NCBI GenBank assembly: GCA_964035545.1
Contig: OZ037773.1
Span: 10,755,751 to 10,819,750 of the forward strand
Length of the DNA stretch: 64,000 bases
Direction: 5' to 3'
Source of the DNA: Bugula neritina
Lineage: Eukaryota > Animalia > Bryozoa
This document shows, in pieces, positions 51,901 to 61,170 of the stretch (positions within the stretch are counted from its first letter, which is position 1; each line of letters begins with the position of its first letter). The position numbers and the translations under genes were made by a program. The notes under the pieces are model-generated. The model saw only the letters and a list, made by a program, of their open reading frames with translations. It did no database searches and was not told where the DNA came from.

Positions 51901-54299
51901 ATACATATCATATATCAGCTACTATTACTTGTTATACATATCATATATTAGCTACTATTACTTGTTATACATATCATATATCAGCTACTATTACTTGTTA
52001 TACATATCATATATCAGCTAATTATCTTATATTGTATACCACGTCTCTTGGTTGTACAGATATTCACAGATGAGTTGCTGGAAAAGGAGCAGAGACTTCC
52101 TGTTGAAAAAGTTGTTTCATTTCTCCAAAATCTTGAGAATGGCAATAAACTTGTTCTCCATTATCTGGTGAGTTTTTTCTTTCTCTTTCTCTCTTTCCCC
52201 CCCTCTCTCTCTCTCCCCCTCCCCCTCCCCCTCCCCCTCCCCCTCTCTCCTTCTCTCCCTCTCTCTCGTTATAGTTCATCTACATTTGTTTTCCTGGCAT
52301 AATATAATATATTATATAATGTGTAATATAATATCTTAACTACTTTAGAAACATGTTGTCATTGAATGGCGAGAAACAAACAGTGAATACCATGACCAGT
52401 TGGTGAATTCTTACAGAGAGGAGATAACTCCTATGTTAGCAGAGTATATATCTAGTCTACCAGAAGGTATAGTAAATGTAGTAATATATATTAGTATATA
52501 GCTATGATATTGGCAGAGTATATATAATATACTCATATATATATATACAATGTAGGCCAGTCTCCAGCCCCTGCAGGTTCAGAGGAAGGTGAACTAGGTG
52601 ATCTGAGAGCACAACTCCTACACTTCCTTGATGTTTCTAAATTCTACAGAGCAAATCAACTGATTCGGCGTTTCCCATATGAATGTACGTAATAATATAA
52701 TAATATATGAATGTACGTAATAATATAATAATATATGAATGTACGTAATAATATAATAATATATGAATGTACGTAATAATATAATAATATATGAATGTAT
52801 GTAATAATATACTAATATGTGAATGTACGTAATATAATAAAATACGAATACTAATATATAAATATAGTGTATATTATGTTGGAAGCAGATTTCCACGAAG
52901 AGAGAGCCGTGCTGTTGGGTAGATGTGGACACCATAAACAGGCTCTGTTCATATACGTTCACATTCTACAGAGAATGGAGATGGCAGAGGAGTATTGTAG
53001 ACAGTATTATAAGAAAGATGTGTCTGGCGATTGTGATGTGAGCTTTTCATAATATCTATGCCGTAGTAGTAATATAATACGCATATATACTGTACTAGTA
53101 ATATAGTAATATAATACGCGTATATACTGTACTAGTAATATAGTAATATAATACACATATATACTGTAGTATAATAATATAATAATATATTACAGGTGTA
53201 CGTACACCTACTCAGCTACTATCTCAGACCACTGGATTCCTTGGTGGATGCCAGACAGCTATACGGCCCTCACTATGGCCTCCAGGATACGCAGCAGAAT
53301 CACGCTGCCGCTTTGAAGATATTGAAACAACACGCAGGCAAAGTTGACAGTAGAAAAGTTCTTGACTTGATACCAGATGACTTTCCTCTCTCCCACTTAC
53401 TTCCCTACCTGGAGAGTATTATAGAGAAGGGAGAGATCCAGAAGAGAGAGAACCTGGTTCTACGTAACCTCCTTCACTCTGAGAAACTTACAGTGAGTTC
53501 CTATATGTACTGTACTATACTGTAGTATACTCTGTACTATATATATACTATACTACACACTGTACTATACTGTAGTATATACTGTACTACACACTGTACT
53601 ATACACTGTACTATACTGTAGTATACTCTGTACTATATACACTGTACTATACACACTGTAGTATACACTGTACTATACACTGTACTATACTGTAGTATAC
53701 ACTGTACTACACACTGTACTATACACTGTAATATACACTGTACTATACACTGTACTATAAAAATGTAATAGTGTGTTGTTGGAGTTATCTATTCATGCTG
53801 ATGTTTACAGATTGAAAGGTCAAGGATAATGTGTGAAAGGGTGAAGTTTGTGGTGACGGAGAAAAGCACTTGCTTTGTGTGTCAAAATAAGATTAGTACC
53901 AGGTACCAGATATATGCATAGTATACTATCTAGTATAGTATACTATACTATCTAGCATGTATACTATACTACTATCTAGTGTGTATACTACACTATCTAG
54001 TATGTATACTATACTATCTAGCATGTATACTATACTATCTAGTATGTATACTATACTATCTAGTATAGTATATTATACTATCTAGTATGTATACTATACT
54101 ATCTAGTATGTATACTATACTATCTAGTGCGTATACTACACTATCTAGTGTGTATACTATACTACCATCTAGTGCGTGTACTAGTACTAGTATACTAGCC
54201 TATACTACACTGTATATTTGCAGCTCCTTTGTGAGACATTCCCAGAATTCCTTGGCACATTTAAGTTGCCTTGACAGCAAGGCTATGGATGTCGGCTGA
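42910..54299 (+). CDS. VPS39: Vam6/Vps39-like protein, HOPS subunit (~898 aa, 18 exons)
   Basis: Exons 42910-42982, 44028-44090, 44597-44817, 45613-45822, 45910-46052, 46291-46449, 47137-47257, 48507-48794, 49915-50055, 50580-50721, 50982-51148, 52060-52167, 52349-52466, 52556-52684, 52889-53037, 53196-53492, 53811-53902, 54224-54299; GT-AG, 2697 nt. Motifs MHEAY...KLP..IE.LA, PYLIGILPRFVEIRT, KEFELAL, TDPSHVIGLY, QIIDTTLLKCYL, HEERAVLLGR.G.H.QAL and C-terminal CxxC...HxxC. Confidence 0.95.
44153..45604. repeat. 15-bp ACAGTATATAGTATA array (44153-44570) and 12-bp TATACACTGTAA array (44824-45604) in VPS39 introns 2 and 3
   Basis: Seen directly. Confidence 0.93.
46432..47136 (+). repeat. 49-bp array making up all of VPS39 intron 6; unit GTACATGTGTTATATAATATACTATGTAATATATTCTCTCTCACACCAG
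   Basis: CAG|GTACAT recurs every 49 bp from 46449 to 47086 (14 junctions); a final 50-bp unit ends at the true acceptor, 47136. Confidence 0.95.
47265..48488. repeat. 29-bp array (CATATATATTACAGTAATATACACTATAT) in VPS39 intron 7
   Basis: About 42 copies. Confidence 0.95.
48811..49846. repeat. 28-bp array (CAGAGTACTATGTTAGCATAGTATAATA) in VPS39 intron 8
   Basis: About 37 copies. Confidence 0.95.
50057..50579. repeat. 25-bp array (TATACTTACTGCAGATTATCTCTTC) filling VPS39 intron 9
   Basis: About 20 copies, from the donor GT to the acceptor ATTATCTCTTTAG. Confidence 0.95.
50729..52020. repeat. 22-bp ACTTGTTATATGTTAGTAATAT array (50729-50960) and 33-bp TACTTGTTATACATATCATATATCAGCTACTAT array (51160-52020) in VPS39 introns 10 and 11
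   Basis: Seen directly; both units contain TACTTGTTATA. Confidence 0.93.
52677..52840 (+). repeat. 28-bp array spanning the VPS39 exon 14 donor (ATATGAAT|GTACGTAATAATATAATAAT)
   Basis: About 6 copies, each reproducing the exon end plus the donor. Confidence 0.9.
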
Positions 54300-54380
54300 T
54301 GCAAAACTAGCAAAAGAGCACCTGCCGGGTACAGAGCACCTGCCAGGTACAGAGCACCTGCCAGGTACAGAGCACCTGCT
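53505..54380. repeat. 12-bp TACTATACACTG array (53505-53758), 21-bp TATACTATACTATCTAGTATG array (53920-54210) and 18-bp 3'-UTR repeat TACAGAGCACCTGCCAGG (54314-54380)
   Basis: Seen directly in VPS39 introns 16 and 17 and the 3' UTR. Confidence 0.85.
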
Positions 54381-54678
54381 GAGTACCTATTGATATTTAT
54401 TCTCACTGCATACTAACCTAAGAAGACTGGTATATATACTTCTACTGACTATCTTACTCAGTTATACTGTAGACTAGCCTGTACTATCTCCCTCTACAGT
54501 TAGATCACCTGCTCAACACCTGTTAGACCAGTCTAATACTTACTATCATATTTATCTGTCAATGATGGTTCCAGTGTGTTTTGTTTCATTCAACAATACA
54601 CTGTCAGCTTCTGTATCAATATTTATTCTGATTGTTTAATTGTATCACATTTCAATATATTTTTATTTAGACACAATT

Positions 54679-54691
54679 TTTATTGAATAAA
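54679..54691. terminator. Back-to-back polyadenylation hexamers TTTATT-G-AATAAA between convergent genes
   Basis: AATAAA on both strands, separated by 1 nt, between the VPS39 stop (54299) and the minus-strand gene stop (54862). Confidence 0.5.
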
Positions 54692-54752
54692 GAAATTTAT
54701 ACATTAAATATTCAGTGTACATCTAGCGACTTGGTGGCACGGAAATGCTAAC

Positions 54753-54913
54753 ATCACTTCAACAGAGGGCGTGTCTTGTTTCCTGTCATATGTGGTGTAC
54801 TGTTATATCACTTCAACAGAGGGTGTGTCTTGTTTCCTTTCATATGTAATGTACTGTTATATCACTTCAACAGAGGGCGTGTCTTGTTTCCTGTCATATG
54901 CGATGTACTGTTA
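54753..54913 (-). repeat. 54-bp triplication overlapping the last codons and stop of the minus-strand gene
   Basis: ATCACTTCAACAGAGGGCGTGTCTTGTTTCCTGTCATATG... begins at 54753, 54807 and 54861. Confidence 0.92.
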
Positions 54914-55854
54914 CGAACTTTCTCTTTCTGGAGATAAATATCGGTGAGAGACGTGCACAAGTGTTGCACTCTCTTTATTCTGCTTCGAGTCCCGTATTGC
55001 ATTGCCAATTCTCGTCTTTTCTTTCTCTCTTCATACTGAGCTATGGATATGTCGGTGACTGCTGGTTTCCTCTTCTTTGGCTTTGAAGGGTAGATTCTGG
55101 GCAGTTTGTAGAACTCGTCTATCAACTCACAGAGGTTTGCTGCTCCATCCAGGTTGGCTGCTCTTACTACAGGTGGTAGTGACAGTTTATCTTGCTTAGC
55201 TTGTCTTATGTTGGCTAGGATTGCCCCAAACCCTTTCTTCTTCCCAATAATGTTCACGACGTTTGTTGCTTTTATTATCTCAGGCTGGGTACATTGACCT
55301 GTTAACAATTCCATTTTCCTGTCATTTGCAGCTATTTCCTTTTGCACCTGCATCTCCAGTTTATTGAGTTGTTCAATGGCAGCTGCAAGATTAGTATGTA
55401 TGTAGTAGTTAGTATTACAAGGTGAGTATACACATAGTAGTTAGTATACATATAGTAGTTAGTATACACATACATTATATTCTACCTTCTTTATGTCTGA
55501 CTCTGCCATTGCGAGTGTGCTGAATATCTTGACGTATCTTATTCAACTCTGCATGCTTCAACCTCTGTTCTTGCTGGAGAGTTGAAGATATTGAGTTTAC
55601 TGTCTCCACTAAACTCTTGGTCTTAGACTGCACATCCTACAAGGTCAAACACCAGCAATGCAAACACTTATACTCTGTATTAGCCTGTGTTCTAGAAAGT
55701 AGCTCTACGAGTTAGCGCTCACCAACAACCCTCCTCTAATCTGTACTTTCTCTAATTCTATATTGTTTGCCCTCACTTTCTGCTCCTTGTTAAACATAGC
55801 CAACTGCCTTTGCAGTTCCCTCTTTTGTCTCACAGACCTGTTGTAGTTCTCCAT
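54862..55854 (-). CDS. Uncharacterised basic coiled-coil protein (~267 aa, 3 exons)
   Basis: Exons 55854-55723, 55636-55486, 55382-54862 splice GT-AG with matching phases into an 804-nt open frame (MENYNRSVRQKRELQRQLAMFNKEQ...RPLLK*). No family recognised; upstream exons are possible. Confidence 0.7.
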
Positions 55855-56257
55855 GCTCTTCTCTCACTCCCCTCTGATATAGACTACTATATAAACCCCA
55901 ACGTATCTCACCTGTTAGGTGAACAGATAAACAGCACAAATAGTTTGTTAATCTCGTAGATCATCTGTTACTTAAGATCATTGTTTAATCTTGTATGTAA
56001 TATAATCAATAATGTAATCAATATTGAGTCAATTTAATCAATAATGTAATCAATATTGTAGTTAAGGATATCTGTTTTATATTCTTCTCTTGAGGTGTCA
56101 TCGGTTGATCATACATTCAGACAAACGGTCCTGCTTTATCAAAGAGATTTCTTATTGTCTACTGCTTTTATTTTACCAGATTATCATATAGCAGCTTTTA
56201 ACAACACAAATCTATTTGCTTGCTGATTAGCAACTGTGCCCTTCTTTCACTCAATAA

Positions 56258-56976
56258 CATAGCCCTTTAGTATATAGTAATATAGCCCTTCTTTCACTCA
56301 ATAACATAGCCCTTTAGTATATAGTAATATAGCCCTTCTTTCACTCAATAACATAGCCCTTTAGCATATAGTAATATAACCCTTTAGCATATAGTAATAT
56401 AACCCTTTAGCATATAGTAATATAACCCTTTAACATATAGTAATATAACCCTTTAGCATATAGTAATATAACCCTTTAGCATATAGTAATATAACCCTTT
56501 AGTATATAGTAATATAGCCCTTTAGCATATAGTAATATAACCCTTTAGCATATAGTAATATAACCCTTTAGCATATAGTAATATAGCCCTTTAGCATATA
56601 GTAATATAACCCTTTAGCATATAGTAATATAACCCTTTAGCATATAGTAATATAGCCCTTTAGCATATAGTAATATAGCCCTTTAGCATATAGTAATATA
56701 ACCCTTTAGCATATAGTAATATAACCCTTTAGCATATAGTAATATAACCCTTTAGCATATAGTAATATAACCCTTTAGCATATAGTAATATAACCATTTA
56801 GCATATAGTAATATAATCCTTTAGCATATAGTAATATAACCCTTTAGCATATAGTAATATAACCCTTTAGCATATAGTAATATAATCCTTTAGTATATAG
56901 TAATATAGTCCTTTAGTATATAGTAATATAATCCTTTAGCATATAGTAATATAGCCCTTTAGCATATAGTAATATA
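56258..56976. repeat. 23-bp array (AACCCTTTAGCATATAGTAATAT)
   Basis: About 28 copies, preceded by a longer duplicated variant. Followed by TTATTTGCAG (57004), so it may lie in a 5'-UTR intron of the ENaC gene. Confidence 0.92.
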
Positions 56977-57483
56977 AATATCACAGCAGCTGTGTTATTT
57001 GCAGATCTTCCTATTGCACTCATCTACCAGTATATTTCACACAAAGTTGTGTTGGAGTATCTCGTGTCATACACGTACACACTGTATCTGTACTAGTACA
57101 CATTTACTTGTATATGGTGTATTCCATCATACTCTACCGCATTCAATGTGAACAGCATTTAGCTTGGCATTGAGATATACAGGAGAGAAAAGTTACCCAA
57201 CAGTCGTAAGCCTAAGTGGAGTCAACATACTATAGCTGGAAAGGCAGAACCTGATTGAGTTGGTAATTTTGAATCTGATTAGTTCTCATTGAATAAAAAT
57301 ATCTTATGAATAATGTTTTGATAATATAAGTAATGTGAATATATGATATTATATGTCATATGATTATATTATAGGTCATGTGAATATATTATGTTATATG
57401 TCATGTGAATATGATTATATTATAGGTCATGTGAATATATTGTATTATAGGTTATGTGATTATATCTTGAGCTAGCTGATAAC

Positions 57484-59026
57484 ATGGCACACAATGAAAC
57501 ATTCAATTTCGAATACAACTCCAGTAGGGAATACAACTCTGGTAGAGAATACAACTCCAGTACAAAACACAACTCTGGTAGAGAATACAACTCCAGTACG
57601 AAACACAACTCTGGTAGAGAATACAACTCTAGTGTAAAACACAACTCTGGTAGAGAATACAACTCCAGTACGAAACACAAATTCATCCCTTCAACTTTCT
57701 CAGCTGCAACTTGTAGACCCAGATATAAAATCTACAACCCTGAGGTGTGTTCATATTTACAATACTGTGTGGCGTCACAATGTTTACTCTATTACTACTG
57801 TGTGGCGTCACAATGTTTACTCTATTACTACTGTGTGGTGTCACAATGTTTACTCTATTACTACTGTGTGGTGTCACAATGTTTACTCTATTATTCCTGT
57901 GGTGTCACTATGTTTACTCTATTATTCCTGTGGTGTCACAGTATTTACTCTATTACTACTGTGTGGCGTCACAGTATTCACTCTATTATTCCTGTATGGT
58001 GTCACAATGTTTTAGGGTATAGAAAGTACTAACCTAACTTACGGAAGACTTACGGCAGCGTTCCTTTCTAGAACTGGTGGGTTTGGATACCCTGAAATAC
58101 TGGACTCTAAAAGTATGTCCTACTTTAGAGGACTTGTGCCTCTGTCTAACACTTGTGTTGTGTGTCATGTCTTATAGCACTTGTGTTGTGTGTCATGTCT
58201 TATAGCACTTGTGTTGTGTGTCATGTCTTATAGCACTTGTGTTGTGTGTCATGTCTTATAGTACTTGTGTTGTGTGCCATGTTTTATAGCACCTGTGTTG
58301 TGTGTCATGTCTTATAGCACTTGTGTTGTGTGTCATGTCTTATAGCACTTGTGTTGTGTGTCATGTCTTATAGTACTTGTGTTGTGTGCCATGTCTTATA
58401 GCACCTGTGTTGTGTGTCATGTCTTATAGCATCTGTGTTGTGGCTTATAGCACCTGTGTTGTGTCTTATAGCACTTGTGTTGTGTGTCATGTCTTATAGC
58501 ACTTGTGTTGTGTGTCATGTCTTATAGCACCTGTGTTGTGTGTCATGTCTTATAGCATCTGTGTTGTGTGTCATGTCTTATAGCACTTGTGTTGTGTGTC
58601 ATGTCTTATAGCACTTGTGTTGTGTGTCATGTCTTATAGCACCTGTGTTGTGTGTCATGTCTTATAGCATCTGTGTCATGTCTTATAGCACCTGTGTTGT
58701 GTGTCATGTCTTATAGCATCTGTGTTGTGTGTCATGTCTTATAGCACTTGTGTTGTGTGTCATGTCTTATAGCATCTGTGTTGTGGCTTATAGCAACTGT
58801 GTTGTGTGTCATGTCTTATAGCACTTGTGTTGTTTGTCATTGTGCATTGTGGGAAAGTTAAATACTGACTCATTTTAACCAGCATAATGAGCTTCACACT
58901 AAAATAATGTATTCAACAATGTACCAAGAGAAGAATTCGCTAAATATTTATCACGATATTAAATAAGGCATTTATGAGATATTTTCCTTTCTTATTTAAT
59001 ACATAGTACATCAGATCGTATATAAT

Positions 59027-59064
<38 letters not shown>

Positions 59065-59317
59065 AAATGAGTGTTTATAAAACGTTACTAGAGTGCTCTA
59101 TAGAAATAAATCTAGAGCGTAAACATTAGAAGAAGTAAAATGAGATTTGATTAATATAATGGCATTTATTACTAGTAGTTTCGTACACAAGAACGATGTG
59201 CACTCGTCAGATAAATTAGCCACTAGTGGCTAATTTATCTGACGAGTGCACATCGTTCTTGTGTACGAAACTACTAGTAATAAATGCCATTATATTAATC
59301 AAATCTCATTTTACTTC

Positions 59318-59404
<87 letters not shown>

Positions 59405-61170
59405 CATATTACATAGGAGGAGTCAAAAAGACATTCTGGATTCTGCTAACTGTAGCGTGTTGCAGTGCACTCATTGTTCACACTTACAGCCTCATTTCCA
59501 GATTCTCTCAGTTCCCTGTCACTACCGAGGTTACTGTTGTCAATGCGAAAATCTTAGACTTTCCAGGTGGGCCTTAGTCTAGCAATATGTCAGCAGGTGT
59601 CTACTGACAGGTGTCTACTGACAGGTTTGTCTGACAGTTTATAATTACTTATCTATTGCAGCGGTGACAGTCTGTAACAGCAACATGCTAGCTGTACACA
59701 GCCCTGCTAATACCTCCAACACCACCTTCGATTACAAGAATGCCCGAACTGTCAACAACCAGATCAACTATTGTGAGTTGAATAATACACTCTATAAATG
59801 TATGTACACACACGCACACGCACATATATAATACACTGTCACTCTAATATCTCACATCTGACTCAACTTAACCTCTACTCAATTTACTGTAGTGAAACTC
59901 AACAATTCTCAGCTCGGACACCAAAAAGAAGATTTCATTCTCTCCGCCACATTTAATAGCGTAGCTCTGACATTGGACGACTTTGAGTTGTCTCTACATG
60001 GTTTATATGGCAACTGCTTTACCTTTAATGCTAATGGAAGTGCTCAAGTTCGCAGATCTGTACATGGCTTTTATGGTGAATATCATACTTCTCTCTCTCT
60101 ATCTCTCTCTACTCTACTTCTCTCTCCCTCTCCCTCTCTGTGAGGCAATATTGCTGTCTGGTCTTGTAGGATTAGAGTTGGTTCTGAACATTGAAACATA
60201 CAAATACTACATGGGACCGCTGACCTACCCTCTGGACTTTGCTGCTGCTTGGTTGAAGGTGTCCAAGCCAGGGGCAGCTTTTAAAATAGAAGAGATGAGT
60301 GTTGCTGTTTCTCCAAACACCATCAATATTCTCTCTATACATCAGGTAACTATATATATGTTATACATTATACACTATCTATATTCTCTCTATACATCAG
60401 GTAACTATATATATGTTATACATTATACACTATCTATATTCTCTCTATACATCAGGTAACTATATATATGTTATACATTATACACTATCAATATTCTCTC
60501 TATACATCAGGTAACTATATATATGTTATACATTATACACTATCTATATTCTCTCTATACATCAGGTAACTATATATATGTTATACATTATACACTATCA
60601 ATATTCTCTCTATACATCAGGTAACTATATACATGTTATACATTATACACTATCTATATTCTCTCTATACATCAGGTAACTATATATATGTTATACATTA
60701 TACACTATCTATATTCTCTCTATTTATCAAGTGACTATATATGTGTGCGTGTATGTATATACTATATACTACACTTGTATGTTTGCGACAGACTAACTTT
60801 GCTCGGCTAGGCATTCCATACGGAGATTGCTTCAGAGAAGACGATCCCAAACCCCTACTTTATCAGAAGAACAAAAGCTATGATAAGGACTTGTGTGATA
60901 ACACGTGCCTGCAAAGAGCGGTAATACAGTAATACAGTAATAGAGTAATACAGTAATAGAGTATTACAGTGGTGTCATAGTATAGAAATATACGAGTACT
61001 AATATGATGGTATAGTAATGCAGTAATATAATATTATGATATTGTTTATCTGCAGGTAATATTAGAGTGTTGTTGTTATATCAGTATAGTAGAAACCAAT
61101 ATAGCAGAGTTTGATGAGTCATGGGAATTGTGTAGACGAGACAACATAACGGAATGTGCAACTGATAATA
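57484..61170 (+). CDS. DEG/ENaC (amiloride-sensitive/ASIC-like) channel subunit, 5' part; the gene continues beyond the window
   Basis: Exons 57484-57744, 58016-58112, 59417-59566, 59662-59772, 59893-60075, 60170-60345, 60792-60920, 61056-61170, in consistent phase. TM1 KKTFWILLTVACCSALIV, then F.QFPVTT, LDFPAVTVCNSN, LGHQKEDFI, YGNCFTFN, GLELVLNIE, LGIPYGDC and Y...LC...CLQ..V...C.C. Confidence 0.9.
57764..58833. repeat. 33-bp array (CTGTGTGGYGTCACAATGTTTACTCTATTACTA, 57764-58010) and 28-bp array (CACTTGTGTTGTGTGTCATGTCTTATAG, 58150-58833) in ENaC introns 1 and 2
   Basis: Seen directly. Confidence 0.92.
59125..59324. repeat. Perfect 200-bp spacerless palindrome between two (TA)n tracts
   Basis: 100-bp arms centred on CACT|AGTG (59224/59225); (TA)n at about 59029-59061 and 59323-59401. 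Confidence 0.95.
60321..60740 (+). repeat. 55-bp array spanning the ENaC exon 6 donor; unit GTAACTATATATATGTTATACATTATACACTATCWATATTCTCTCTATACATCAG
   Basis: CAG|GTAACT at 60345, 60400, 60455, 60510, 60565, 60620 and 60675. Confidence 0.95.

Noticed and set aside
52175-52267. Polypyrimidine/CCCCCT tract (G-quadruplex-prone on the minus strand) and its poly-Gly ORF
   Set aside because: Simple low-complexity intron sequence with no evidence of function.
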